Source: Oscillospiraceae bacterium | Lineage (GTDB): Bacteria > Bacillota > Clostridia > Oscillospirales > JAGBHD01 | DNA: 64,000 bases | NCBI GenBank assembly: GCA_018110785.1 | Contig: JAGBHD010000009.1 | Location: 940 to 64,939 of the forward strand | Direction of reading: 5' to 3' | Part shown: positions 40,485-49,980 of the stretch, piece by piece | Numbering within the stretch: the first letter of the stretch is position 1 | Layout of the letters: every line of letters begins with the position of its first letter | The notes under the pieces: generated by a model | Database searches by the model: none | What the model was told of the DNA's origin: nothing | What the model saw: only the letters and a program-made list of their open reading frames with translations | Made by a program: the position numbers and the translations under genes

Positions 40485-40715
40485 ATGAAGAAAGTTATTA
40501 AGGTTTTTGTTTCCCTTATAGCAGTTTTAGCTGCTGTTGTAGGTATCGCAGCAGGAATAAAAATGTTCTTCGATAGAAAGAAGAAAACAGAGGGCGAAGA
40601 ATTTGTATTCGAGGGCGACGAACTCGAAAATGAAGAACTCTTCGATGCCGATGAAGCTTTTGAGAAAATTGAAGAGGATATTGAAGAAATCCCCGACGAC
40701 GGCGAAAATCAGTAA
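40485..40715 (+). CDS. Small membrane-anchored acidic protein (hypothetical)
   Basis: 76 aa from ATG 40485, with SD GAAAGGTG at 40471-40478. One N-terminal TM helix and a Glu/Asp-rich tail. No family recognised. Confidence 0.5.
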   Translation: MKKVIKVFVSLIAVLAAVVGIAAGIKMFFDRKKKTEGEEFVFEGDELENEELFDADEAFEKIEEDIEEIPDDGENQ

Positions 40716-40723
40716 AAAGCAAA

Positions 40724-40749
40724 ACAGGACAGAGTTCGCTCTGTCCTGT
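40724..40749. terminator. Terminator hairpin 1 between convergent genes
   Basis: ACAGGACAGAG ttcg CTCTGTCCTGT, an 11-bp stem. The T-rich tract is better on the minus strand. Confidence 0.7.
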
Positions 40750-40761
40750 TTCCATATTAAA

Positions 40762-40785
40762 AGCCCTTGGAAAAATCCAAGGGCT
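40762..40785. terminator. Terminator hairpin 2 between convergent genes
   Basis: AGCCCTTGG aaaaat CCAAGGGCT flanked by AAA and TTTT; works in both directions. Confidence 0.75.
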
Positions 40786-40792
40786 TTTAAAT

Positions 40793-42151
40793 TTAGTCGT
40801 TTATAAATGCTAAGAATGCTTTATGGGAAGAATAAATATCGAATTTGGAAATGGTTTCAAAGGGCGCGTGCATTGAAAGAACGGGGACACCCATATCAAT
40901 AACATTCATATCCATTCTCGCTAAGAATTTAGCAACAGTTCCGCCGCCGCCAGCATCAACCTTTCCAAGCTCTGCAATCTGCCAAGAAATATCGTTTTCA
41001 TCTAAAACTCTGCGAATTCTTGCGGCAAATTCAGCAGAAGCATCGCTTGTATCATATTTTCCTCTGGCGCCGGTATATTTCTCAACAGCAACGCCTTTTC
41101 CTAAAAATGCCGAGTTTAATTTATCATAAACATCAGGGAATGTAGGATCAAAAGCGGCTGTAACATCAGAGGAAATAGCCTCAATCGAGCGGATAAAATC
41201 GTGCGGCTTTAAATTTAAGGTATCTGCTAAATCGCAAAGGAAATATTCGAGAGTAGAAGCGGCAAGGCCTGTATTTCCGTCAGAGCCGATTTCTTCCTTG
41301 TCGGCAAGAACTAAAATCGAAGTATTTTTGCCGTTTGACTCTAAAAGAGCGGTAAGGGAAGGATAAGCGCAAACGCGGTCATCGTGGCCATAGGCGCCTA
41401 TCATACTGCGGTCAAAGCCAATATCATAAGAGGGGAATGCAGGAACTAAGCAAAGCTCAGCAGAGAAAAGGTCCCATTCATCAATGCCGTATTTTTCATT
41501 TAAAAGGCTTATTATGTTAAGCTTAACCTTTTCGCTCTCCTTATCGGTTTTAAAGGGAAGAGAGCCTATTAAAACATTAAGCTCTTCGCCTTTTATTCCT
41601 TCTGCTAAGGGGCGTTTGCTTTGCTCTTCTGCTAAGTGAGGCAAAAGGTCGGTAACGGTAAAGCGAGGCTCATCAGCCTTTTCGCCGATGCAAACATTTA
41701 TAACTTCACCGTTTTTGCGAACAATAACACCATGGAGAGCGAGAGGAATGGCTGTCCATTGATATTTTTTAATGCCGCCGTAATAATGAGTCTTGAAATA
41801 TCCCATAGATGCCTCTTCGTATAATGGGCGCTGTTTTAAATCTAAGCGGGGAGAATCAATATGAGCGGCAAGAATTTTCGGGCTGTCGTTATTTTCTCCG
41901 ATAACTGCCGCGAAAAGAGCTTTGCCGCGGTTGTTTTTATATATTTTATCTCCTGTAGAATATTTTTTCTTTGAATCGAAAGGAACAAAGCCATTCTTTT
42001 CTAAAATTTCAATAGTTTCAGAAACAACCTCTCGTTCGGTCTTTCCGTTATCAAGAAATGCGCGGTAACCTATAGCATAATCAAACGCTTCTTTAATTTC
42101 GTTGTCACTAACATTTCTTTCTTTGATTAAAAGTTCTTTGGGATTATTCAT
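40793..42151 (-). CDS. M18 family aminopeptidase
   Basis: 452 aa with ..AAHIDSPRLDLK.., ..GHDDRVCAY.. and ..EEIGS.., typical of M18 (aspartyl) aminopeptidases. Confidence 0.85.
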   Translation of the reverse strand: MNNPKELLIKERNVSDNEIKEAFDYAIGYRAFLDNGKTEREVVSETIEILEKNGFVPFDSKKKYSTGDKIYKNNRGKALFAAVIGENNDSPKILAAHIDSPRLDLKQRPLYEEASMGYFKTHYYGGIKKYQWTAIPLALHGVIVRKNGEVINVCIGEKADEPRFTVTDLLPHLAEEQSKRPLAEGIKGEELNVLIGSLPFKTDKESEKVKLNIISLLNEKYGIDEWDLFSAELCLVPAFPSYDIGFDRSMIGAYGHDDRVCAYPSLTALLESNGKNTSILVLADKEEIGSDGNTGLAASTLEYFLCDLADTLNLKPHDFIRSIEAISSDVTAAFDPTFPDVYDKLNSAFLGKGVAVEKYTGARGKYDTSDASAEFAARIRRVLDENDISWQIAELGKVDAGGGGTVAKFLARMDMNVIDMGVPVLSMHAPFETISKFDIYSSHKAFLAFIND

Positions 42152-42167
42152 AAAATACCTCCATATT

Positions 42168-42755
42168 TTAAATGGTTTTTAAATTTTTTATTTTTATAGC
42201 CGTCGAAAGGGCTTTATCTTTAAGCTCATCTAAGGTTCCGTTATTTTCTAGAACAATATCGGCGTTTTCCTTAAAGAAAGAATCGCTGTGCTGAGAAGAA
42301 ATACGGCTTTCTGCTTCCTCTTTTGTTAAAAAATCCCTTGCCATTATGCGCGAAACTAAAGCAGAAAATGGTGCGGTAACTGCTAAAATTATATCGCATC
42401 TTGAGTTAATACCGCTTTCAAAAAGGGTAGGCGCATCAAGCAAAATATATGAGCTGCCGCTTTCTTTAACAATTTTGTCGATTTCATCGCAAATAAGCGG
42501 AAGCAAAGTAGTGTTTAATTTTTGAAGCTCTTTTTTATCGTTAAAAACAATAGAAGCTAACTTTTTTCGGTTTAAATTTCCGCTTTCGAAAACACCTTCG
42601 CCGAAAGCCGCTTTCAAAGCGGCTTTTCCGCTCTCTGATTCAGAAACCTTTCGAGAAACCTTATCCGCATCAACAACAAAATATCCGTTTTCCTTGAAGA
42701 CTTTTGAAACGGTTGATTTTCCTGCTCCTGATTGACCTGTAAGCCCAATGAGCAT
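42168..42755 (-). CDS. coaE: Dephospho-CoA kinase
   Basis: 195 aa with P-loop GLTGQSGAGKST. Confidence 0.9.
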   Translation of the reverse strand: MLIGLTGQSGAGKSTVSKVFKENGYFVVDADKVSRKVSESESGKAALKAAFGEGVFESGNLNRKKLASIVFNDKKELQKLNTTLLPLICDEIDKIVKESGSSYILLDAPTLFESGINSRCDIILAVTAPFSALVSRIMARDFLTKEEAESRISSQHSDSFFKENADIVLENNGTLDELKDKALSTAIKIKNLKTI

Positions 42756-43795
42756 TACTTTTCACCTACTTTAATAACTTTAAAGCCTGCCGCCCTTATA
42801 AGTCTGTTATAAACTGCGAGAGAAATTCCGCTTGTTTTGGGCGAATGGGCATAAACCCTCAAAGCTTCCATTTCGTCAAACTCCCTCAAAGCGGAAAAGA
42901 GCGCCGAAGCCTGACTTAATTCATCACTGAATTTTCCGAATATAAGATAGGGAATAGGAGATAAATGCGCCTCTTCTTCATAGCAAAGAGCATACGCGCC
43001 AACCTCGCTTTTTATCTCCTCTAAAAACGCAATAAAATCGGCAGAACTGCCTTCAACAACGGTAACATCAGCCTTCGGGGAATAATGCTTGTATTTCATT
43101 CCGGGAGACTGAGGCGCCTCGTTTTCCATAAGCGGAGATAAAATGCCCTCGGAAACGGAAATTTCCCCGATAACCGATTCTATCATTTCCTTGGTAATAG
43201 CTCCAGGTCTTAAAAGAAGGGGTTTATCTCCCGCTAAGGATAAAACTGTAGATTCAATGCCTATCTGGCAATCGCCCCCGTCAATAATAAGCGGAATTTT
43301 GCCGTTTAAATCCGTGAAAACATGAGAAGCAGATGTAGGGCTTGGCTTTCCGCTCGAATTAGCTGAAGGCGCCGCAATAGGAAATCCGCAGGATGAAATA
43401 AGCTTTCTCGCAATAGGGTGAGAGGGCATTCTTATTGCAACTGTATTAAGAGCGCCCGTTGTTTCATCGGGAACAATGCTGCTCTTTTTTAAAATCATAG
43501 TTAAAGGACCGGGCCAAAAGTTTTCCGCAAGCTTAAAAAACTCATCGGGAATTTCCGAAGCTAAAGAATAAACCTCGTCAATCTCTGCAATATGAACTAT
43601 CAAAGGGTTATCAGAAGGTCTGCCTTTTGCTTTATATATTTTGGCTGCCGCCTTTTTTTTAAGGGCATTTCCTCCAAGACCGTAAACCGTTTCGGTAGGG
43701 AATGCAACCAATCCTCCGCGCGACATAATCTTTCGAGCTTTAGAGAGCAGCTTTTGCTCATTCTGCTCGCTTATAGAAATAACCGAAGTTTTCAT
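42755..43795 (-). CDS. tsaC: L-threonylcarbamoyladenylate synthase (Sua5/YwlC type)
   Basis: 346 aa. YrdC domain (..FPTETVYGLGGNA..KGRPSDNPLIVH..) plus a C-terminal Sua5 domain. Confidence 0.9.
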   Translation of the reverse strand: MKTSVISISEQNEQKLLSKARKIMSRGGLVAFPTETVYGLGGNALKKKAAAKIYKAKGRPSDNPLIVHIAEIDEVYSLASEIPDEFFKLAENFWPGPLTMILKKSSIVPDETTGALNTVAIRMPSHPIARKLISSCGFPIAAPSANSSGKPSPTSASHVFTDLNGKIPLIIDGGDCQIGIESTVLSLAGDKPLLLRPGAITKEMIESVIGEISVSEGILSPLMENEAPQSPGMKYKHYSPKADVTVVEGSSADFIAFLEEIKSEVGAYALCYEEEAHLSPIPYLIFGKFSDELSQASALFSALREFDEMEALRVYAHSPKTSGISLAVYNRLIRAAGFKVIKVGEK

Positions 43796-43798
43796 AAA

Positions 43799-44869
43799 TT
43801 ATTCCTCTGTTCCCGCGCGAAGCTTTTCTGCCTGAAAAGCAGTTCTTAAAGATTCAATAATATGGTCAAGGTCGCCGTTCATAACAGCGTCTATAGAATG
43901 AACTGTAAGTCCGATTCTATGGTCGGTAACACGGCCTTGAGGGAAGTTATAGGTTCTGATTCTTTCGCTTCGGTCGCCCGTTCCAACCTGACTTTTTCTG
44001 TCAGAAGCGATTTTAGCTTCCTGCTCGCGCCTTTTAATTTCATAAAGACGGGAGCGAAGAATTTTCATAGCCTTGTCCTTGTTTTTATGTTGGCTTCGCT
44101 CGTCTTGACATTCAACAACAAGTCCTGTAGGAATGTGTGTAATTCTGATAGCGGATTCAGTCTTGTTAACGTGCTGACCGCCCGCTCCGCTTGCGCGGTA
44201 GGTATCTATCTGCAAATCTGTAGGGTTTATATCAATCTCAACATTTTCAGCCTCAGCCAAAACCGCAACCGTAACGGTAGAGGTGTGAATTCTGCCGCCC
44301 GATTCTGTTTCTGGAACTCTCTGAACGCGATGAACGCCGCTTTCGTATTTTAAAAGGGAGAAAGCTCCGTCGCCCTCAACAGAAAAGCTGATTTCCTTAA
44401 TTCCGCCGAGTCCTGTTTCATTAATGGAAAGAACCTCGGTTTTAAAGCGCTTTGCTTCTGCAAACATAGAATACATTCTGTAAAGCGAATTTGCAAATAA
44501 AGCCGCCTCTTCGCCGCCTGCACCTCCGCGGATTTCTATAATAACGTTCTTATCGTCATCAGGGTCTTTCGGCAAAAGGAGAATTTTAAGCTCTTCTTCG
44601 ATAACGGATAGGCGCTCTTTGGAAAATTCAAACTGTTCCTTTGCCATTTCTTTTAGCTCTTTATCGCCGTCTTCCATAAGCTCTTTGGCTTCGTTAAAAT
44701 CTGCGTTACAGCTTTTGTATTCCTCATACTTTTCAACAATAGGGGTTAATGTTTTAAGTTCCTTCATAAGGGAAGCATAAAGCGCCTGATCGGTAACGAT
44801 CGAGGGGTCTGAAAGCTTTTCCTGAACTTCGTTATATTTAATCGAAATTTGTTCTAATTTATCGAGCAT
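43799..44869 (-). CDS. prfA: Peptide chain release factor 1
   Basis: 356 aa with the GGQ motif ([14 protein letters not shown]) and RF1-type ..[17 protein letters not shown].. Confidence 0.95.
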   Translation of the reverse strand: MLDKLEQISIKYNEVQEKLSDPSIVTDQALYASLMKELKTLTPIVEKYEEYKSCNADFNEAKELMEDGDKELKEMAKEQFEFSKERLSVIEEELKILLLPKDPDDDKNVIIEIRGGAGGEEAALFANSLYRMYSMFAEAKRFKTEVLSINETGLGGIKEISFSVEGDGAFSLLKYESGVHRVQRVPETESGGRIHTSTVTVAVLAEAENVEIDINPTDLQIDTYRASGAGGQHVNKTESAIRITHIPTGLVVECQDERSQHKNKDKAMKILRSRLYEIKRREQEAKIASDRKSQVGTGDRSERIRTYNFPQGRVTDHRIGLTVHSIDAVMNGDLDHIIESLRTAFQAEKLRAGTEE

Positions 44870-44872
44870 GGT

Positions 44873-45055
44873 TTAGTTCTCCTTTTTATGTTTTATCCGT
44901 TTTTCAGCATCTCGTCTTGTAAGCCATATTTCGTGAGAGCATTTAAGACAGCGCATTTTAAAATCCATTCCAACGCGAAGAATCTGAAATTCGTTACCAC
45001 CGCAAGGGTGAGGCTTTTTTAAGATAACAATATCCGAAACTTCAAAATTCATCAT
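44873..45055 (-). CDS. DUF951 family protein
   Basis: 60 aa with ..KKPHPCGGNEF.I.R.G.D....C..C.., characteristic of DUF951. Confidence 0.8.
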   Translation of the reverse strand: MMNFEVSDIVILKKPHPCGGNEFQILRVGMDFKMRCLKCSHEIWLTRRDAEKRIKHKKEN

Positions 45056-45086
45056 AAAGTCCTCTCAATATAAACATATATAAATA

Positions 45087-45115
45087 ATTATACACTTTTT
45101 AAGATAATAAAGCAA
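45087..45115 (-). promoter_or_regulatory. sigmaA-type promoter for DUF951-prfA array: TTGCTT, 17 nt, (TGt)TATAAT
   Basis: Minus strand reads TTGCTT tattatcttaaaaagtg TATAAT. Confidence 0.6.
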
Positions 45116-45200
45116 CTATTTTAAAAAATTTGATTTGTAGTCATAGAAATAAAAGAAAAGCATATTTTTAAATAGGACTAAAAAATAGGAGGCTACAGAA

Positions 45201-46127
45201 ATGAATTTGTATAAACCGGAAGGATTTAAAGTCGGTACGGCGGAAAACTGCGGTTATCTTAAGGATGAAAAATCCTTGAGAGAAGCTTTAGTTAGGGGAT
45301 GCCCTATAGAAGCTAAGGTTTCGCTTTGTGATTTGCAGCATAATCTTATAGTTGATTTTGGCTTTATGAAAGGAAAAATATTAAAAGAAGACGGTGCTAT
45401 CGGTTGTGATACGGGCGAAACTAAGGATATTGCGCTGATTTCGCGTGTAAATAAACCTATCTGTTTTTATGTTAAAGGGTTTTACAGGGATGAAAAAGGG
45501 GAAACATGGGCAAGTCTTAACCGCCGCGAAGTTCAGATAGATGCTATGGAGAATTACATAAAAAAGCTCTCCTTGGGAGATGTTATAGATGGTGTTATAA
45601 CCCATATCGAGTCGTTCGGTTGTTTTGTTGATATTGGTGCAGGGATAGTAGCCCTTTTGCCGATAGACAGCATTTCGGTTTCAAGAATTTCTCATCCTAA
45701 AGACCGCTTCAGAGTAGGTCAGACAGTAAAGGTATTAGTAAAATCCATAGCGGAAGATGGCAAAATAACCCTTTCCCATAAAGAGCTTTTGGGAACTTGG
45801 GAAGAAAATGCCGCGCGGTTTAATATAGGAGAAACCGTTCCCGGTATAATCCGCTCGGTAGAGCAGTATGGGGTTTTTATAGAATTAGCTCCCAATCTTG
45901 CAGGACTTGCAGAATATAACGAAGATGTAAGGGTTGGGGATAATGCCAGCGTTTATATTAAAAATATTATACCTGAGAAGATGAAGATAAAACTAATAAT
46001 CGTAGATTCCTTCTCTGGGGAAAGAACTATAGAAAAGCCCGAATACTTTTTCGAGGGAGATCATATGGATATATTCAATTATTCTCCCGCCGTTTCCGAA
46101 AAAATTATCCGTACAGAATTCTTTTAA
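45201..46127 (+). CDS. S1 RNA-binding domain protein (multi-S1, ribosomal protein S1-like)
   Basis: 308 aa with repeated S1 motifs (..GDVIDGVITHIESFGCFVDIG.. and ..GETVPGIIRSVEQYGVFIEL..). Confidence 0.8.
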   Translation: MNLYKPEGFKVGTAENCGYLKDEKSLREALVRGCPIEAKVSLCDLQHNLIVDFGFMKGKILKEDGAIGCDTGETKDIALISRVNKPICFYVKGFYRDEKGETWASLNRREVQIDAMENYIKKLSLGDVIDGVITHIESFGCFVDIGAGIVALLPIDSISVSRISHPKDRFRVGQTVKVLVKSIAEDGKITLSHKELLGTWEENAARFNIGETVPGIIRSVEQYGVFIELAPNLAGLAEYNEDVRVGDNASVYIKNIIPEKMKIKLIIVDSFSGERTIEKPEYFFEGDHMDIFNYSPAVSEKIIRTEFF

Positions 46128-46133
46128 ATTTCA

Positions 46134-46157
46134 AGCCCGCCGAAAGGCGGGTTTTTT
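46134..46157 (+). terminator. Rho-independent terminator after the S1-domain gene
   Basis: CCCGCC gaaa GGCGGG followed by TTTTTT. Confidence 0.85.
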
Positions 46158-46183
46158 AAATATAAAAAAATTTAAAAAAGTGT

Positions 46184-46212
46184 TTTACAAAAGAGATAAT
46201 ATATAGTATAAT
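46184..46212 (+). promoter_or_regulatory. sigmaA-type promoter for hprK array: TTTACA, 17 nt, TATAAT
   Basis: TTTACA (46184-46189), spacer aaagagataatatatag, TATAAT (46207-46212). Confidence 0.6.
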
Positions 46213-46279
46213 CATATATGTATAGGTATGTGCTTTTGTAAGCGCATTCGGAAAAATAAAACATTTGGGAGAGGTATAA

Positions 46280-47203
46280 ATGAAAACCTATTCTGTTAAT
46301 CTCTCTAAGGTTGAAAAAGACCTTGGATTAGAGCAGCTTTTCGTTCCCGAAAACTATTCTGAAGTAGTTGTTGAAAGCTTGGATGTAAACCGTCCCGGTC
46401 TTCAGCTTTCGGGATTTTATGAATATTTCGATGCAACCCGTATGCAGATAATGGGAAATGCGGAAATAGCCTTTTTGTTAGAATGCCCCGGCGATGAAAG
46501 AATGGAAAAGATAGACCGTTTCTTTTCCGAAAAGCCCGTTGCCGTTGTTATAACAAGAAATATTCAATATGTCGGCGAGGTTGTAGAGGGCGCGAAGAAA
46601 CATGGTGTTCCGATATTCAGAACTGAGGAGAGAACAAGCGCTTTCGTATCCTCTCTCATAGCTTATTTAAGTGTTGAATTAGCCCCAAGAATAACCCGTC
46701 ATGGAGTTTTAGTTGAGATTTACGGTGAAGGTATTTTAATTTTGGGCGAAAGCGGTGTTGGTAAGAGCGAAACTGCCGTTGAGCTTGTTAAGAGAGGACA
46801 TCGCTTAATAGCCGACGATGCTGTTTTAATAAAAAAGGTTTCGGGAAAAACCTTAGTTGGTCAAGCGCCCGAAAATATCCGCCATTTTCTTGAGCTTCGC
46901 GGCATAGGTATAGTTAATGCTCGACGCATTTTCGGTATGGGATCTATAAAGATGACCGAGAAAATAGATATGGTAATAAATTTAGAGCCTTGGGATTCTA
47001 ATAAAACATACGACAGAATGGGCATAGAAGAGGAGTTTACCGAAATAATAGGAATAAAAATTCCTTCTTTAACAATCCCCGTAAAACCGGGTAGAAACCT
47101 TGCGGTAATATTAGAGGTTGCCGCTATGAATAACAGACAGAAAAAAATGGGTTATAACGCGGCTCAAGAGCTTATGGATAACCTTGGAATGTCGGTAGAA
47201 TAA
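46280..47203 (+). CDS. hprK: HPr kinase/phosphorylase
   Basis: 307 aa with P-loop GESGVGKSE and ..LELRGIGI.. Confidence 0.95.
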   Translation: MKTYSVNLSKVEKDLGLEQLFVPENYSEVVVESLDVNRPGLQLSGFYEYFDATRMQIMGNAEIAFLLECPGDERMEKIDRFFSEKPVAVVITRNIQYVGEVVEGAKKHGVPIFRTEERTSAFVSSLIAYLSVELAPRITRHGVLVEIYGEGILILGESGVGKSETAVELVKRGHRLIADDAVLIKKVSGKTLVGQAPENIRHFLELRGIGIVNARRIFGMGSIKMTEKIDMVINLEPWDSNKTYDRMGIEEEFTEIIGIKIPSLTIPVKPGRNLAVILEVAAMNNRQKKMGYNAAQELMDNLGMSVE

Positions 47204-47223
47204 AATTTTAAGGAGAAAGAAAA

Positions 47224-48189
47224 ATGAAATATTATGCAGGAATAGACCTCGGCGGAACAAATATCGCAGTTGGAATTGTAAATGAAAATTATGAAATACT
47301 CGGTAAGGCAAGTGTTAAAACAAATCTTCCGAGATCCGCTGAAGAAATAGCCGACGATATGGCAAAAACAACTATAGCAGCAGCAGAAAATGCGGGAATA
47401 ACCTTAGATGATATTATGTGGGTTGGTGTTGGAACACCCGGCGCGGCAAACGGCAAAACAGGAATGGTTATATATTCCAATAACTTAGGCTTTAAGGATT
47501 TGCCGTTAGGAAAAATGATATCCGAGCGCCTTGGAGGAAAAAAGGTTTATATAGAAAATGATGCTAATGCCGCCGCATATGGCGAGGTTTTAGCAGGCGC
47601 CGCAAAAGATGTTAACGATGCTATTATGATAACCCTTGGAACAGGAGTTGGCGGCGGAATTATAATTGACGGTAAAATTTATTCGGGAAGCAACTGCTAT
47701 GGCGCAGAATTAGGCCATACTGTTATAGAATACGAGGGCAGACAATGCTCTTGCGGAAGAAAGGGATGCTTTGAGGCATATTCTTCTGCAACAGGACTTA
47801 TCAATATGACTAAAGAGGAAATGGAAAAAGATAAAACCTCTGTTATGTGGGAGCTGATAAAAGAAAACGACGGCAAGGTTAGCGGAAGAACAGCCTTTGA
47901 TGCTATGAGAAAGGGCGATAAGGCAGGTAAAGCGGTCGTTGATAAATATATCTCATATCTTGCTTGCGGAATTACCAATATGATAAACATTTTCCAGCCC
48001 GAAGTTTTGGTTATCGGCGGAGGTGTTTGTAATGAGGGAGAAACCCTTTTAGCTCCTTTGAGAGAGCTTGTTTTTGAACATGAGTATTGTAAAGACGATG
48101 CTACAAGAACTAAAATTTGCCGAGCAACCCTCGGTAACGATGCCGGAATTATCGGAGCGGCATTTTTGGGAAATTCCTTTGAGAAATAA
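47224..48189 (+). CDS. glk: ROK family glucokinase
   Basis: 321 aa with GIDLGGTN, ..LGTGVGGG.. and Zn motif GH..........C.CG..GC.E. Confidence 0.9.
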   Translation: MKYYAGIDLGGTNIAVGIVNENYEILGKASVKTNLPRSAEEIADDMAKTTIAAAENAGITLDDIMWVGVGTPGAANGKTGMVIYSNNLGFKDLPLGKMISERLGGKKVYIENDANAAAYGEVLAGAAKDVNDAIMITLGTGVGGGIIIDGKIYSGSNCYGAELGHTVIEYEGRQCSCGRKGCFEAYSSATGLINMTKEEMEKDKTSVMWELIKENDGKVSGRTAFDAMRKGDKAGKAVVDKYISYLACGITNMINIFQPEVLVIGGGVCNEGETLLAPLRELVFEHEYCKDDATRTKICRATLGNDAGIIGAAFLGNSFEK

Positions 48190-48209
48190 TTTTTAATTTG
48201 GAGTAAATT

Positions 48210-49115
48210 ATGTTTGATTTTCCTACCTTTGCAGCTGAAAACTCAATAACCTACAAGGAAAATGAGCCTTTATCAGCTCATACTAGCTTTAAAGTAGGGG
48301 GGAGGGCTAAATATTTTGTCATGCCCGATACCGAAGAAAAGCTATCGCAGCTTCTTTGCTATTTAAATTCGAGTAAAGAGCAGTTTTTCTTTTTAGGAAA
48401 CGGAAGTAATGTTTTGGCATTAGATGAAGGCTTTGATGGGGTTATTATAAAGCTTTCGGGAGAGTTCGAAAATCTTAAAACAGAGGAAAACGGCATTATA
48501 GCAGGCTCCGCGGTCTCCTTAAAAAAGCTGACGATATCTGCAAAGGAAAATAGCTTTACAGGTTTAGAGTTCGCTTATGGTATTCCGGGAACTGTCGGCG
48601 GAGCCGTTTATATGAACGCAGGCGCTTATGGCGGCGAGATTAAGGATGTTGTAGCAGAAGTTAGAGCGATGGATATGAATGGAAATGTTAAAATGTTTTC
48701 CGATTCAGAGCTAAAACTTAGCTACCGCAAAAGCGTTTTCCAAGAAAATAATATGATAATTATCTCAGCGCGTTTTCTTTTAGAAAAAGGAAACAAGGAG
48801 GAAATAGCTGAGAAGATGAATACCCTTTTAAACAAAAGAAAAGAAAAACAGCCGCTTGAATATCCGAGCGCGGGTAGTACATTCAAGCGCCCTGAGGGGT
48901 ATTTTGCCGCAGCGCTAATCGAAGAATGCTCTCTTAAAGGTGAAAGCGTAGGCGGGGCCGAGGTTAGCGAAAAGCATAGCGGCTTTATTATAAATAAAGG
49001 TTCTGCTACCGCGGCAGATATTCTCGCTTTGATAGAAAAGGTAAAAGCGGTGGTTTTAGAGAAAAAAGGCGTTAAATTAGAAACAGAAATAGAAATTCTC
49101 GGAGAGGTAAAATAA
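48210..49115 (+). CDS. murB: UDP-N-acetylenolpyruvoylglucosamine reductase
   Basis: 301 aa with ..FKVGG.AKYF.., ..FLGNGSNVL.. and ..PSAGSTFKRP.. Confidence 0.9.
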   Translation: MFDFPTFAAENSITYKENEPLSAHTSFKVGGRAKYFVMPDTEEKLSQLLCYLNSSKEQFFFLGNGSNVLALDEGFDGVIIKLSGEFENLKTEENGIIAGSAVSLKKLTISAKENSFTGLEFAYGIPGTVGGAVYMNAGAYGGEIKDVVAEVRAMDMNGNVKMFSDSELKLSYRKSVFQENNMIIISARFLLEKGNKEEIAEKMNTLLNKRKEKQPLEYPSAGSTFKRPEGYFAAALIEECSLKGESVGGAEVSEKHSGFIINKGSATAADILALIEKVKAVVLEKKGVKLETEIEILGEVK

Positions 49116-49116
49116 A

Positions 49117-49971
49117 ATGCAATGTGTAATCGTAACAGGACTTTCGGGAGCAGGTAAATCCCGAACAATAGATGCTTTAGAGGATATCGGTTTTTATTGC
49201 GTTGATAATATTCCTCCAAAGCTTATTTCAAAGTTTGTTGAGTTGTCTATGCAGTCGGAAGGAAAGCTCGATAAGCTCGCGATTGTAACCGATGTTCGCG
49301 GCGGAGACCTTTTTAACGATTTTTTAAGTGAGATTGATAAGCTTAAAGAAATGAATTGCGATTATAAAATTCTCTTTTTAGATGCCGATTCAAAGGTGCT
49401 TATCGATAGATATAAGTTTACCCGCAGGAAGCATCCGTTAATGGAGCAGTGCGGCTCTCTGGAGGCGGCTGTTGCAAAAGAGCGCAGAATTTTAAGAAAG
49501 GTCAGAGAAAGAGCAAGTTATGTTATAGATACGACCTTTTTAACCGCAATGCAGCTTAAAGAACGAATTTTGAAGATATTTTTAAACAATATCGGCTCCG
49601 GAATGTTTATTTCCTGCGTTTCTTTCGGCTTTAAGCATGGTGTTCCCTCCGAGGCGGACTTGGTTTTTGATGTTCGCTGTCTTCCTAATCCTTTTTATAT
49701 AGAAGAGCTTAAAAATAAAACAGGACTTGATAAGCCCGTTTCAGATTATGTTATGCAGTTTGAACAGTCGAAAACATTAAAAGATAAGCTTTTCGACCTT
49801 ATAGATTTTCTGCAGCCTTTATATATAAGCGAGGGTAAAAGCTCTCTTGTAATAGCTATCGGCTGCACAGGCGGACATCATAGAAGCGTAACCTTTGCAG
49901 AGCTTTTGAATGAGCATCTGTTAGAAAAAGGCTATAATTCAAGCGTTACCCATAGAGATATATTGAAGTAG
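49117..49971 (+). CDS. rapZ: RNase adapter / nucleotide-binding protein RapZ (YvcJ)
   Basis: 284 aa with P-loop GLSGAGKS and C-terminal ..IGCTGGHHRSV.. Confidence 0.9.
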   Translation: MQCVIVTGLSGAGKSRTIDALEDIGFYCVDNIPPKLISKFVELSMQSEGKLDKLAIVTDVRGGDLFNDFLSEIDKLKEMNCDYKILFLDADSKVLIDRYKFTRRKHPLMEQCGSLEAAVAKERRILRKVRERASYVIDTTFLTAMQLKERILKIFLNNIGSGMFISCVSFGFKHGVPSEADLVFDVRCLPNPFYIEELKNKTGLDKPVSDYVMQFEQSKTLKDKLFDLIDFLQPLYISEGKSSLVIAIGCTGGHHRSVTFAELLNEHLLEKGYNSSVTHRDILK

Positions 49972-49980
49972 GTGTCTTTA

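Noticed and set aside
43862-44353. 163-aa plus-strand ORF antisense to prfA
   Set aside because: It is a shadow of the highly conserved prfA gene, with no SD or promoter.
45116-45200. sigmaE-like GTCATA, 15 nt, CATATTTT upstream of the S1-domain gene
   Set aside because: The match is weak and the spacing is short. The AT-rich context makes chance matches likely, so I did not list it as a feature.
48722-49219. 165-aa minus-strand ORF spanning the murB/rapZ junction
   Set aside because: It is entirely antisense to two well-supported genes. It has no SD, a low-complexity Ser/Phe/Leu-rich translation and no recognisable domain. It is a shadow ORF.
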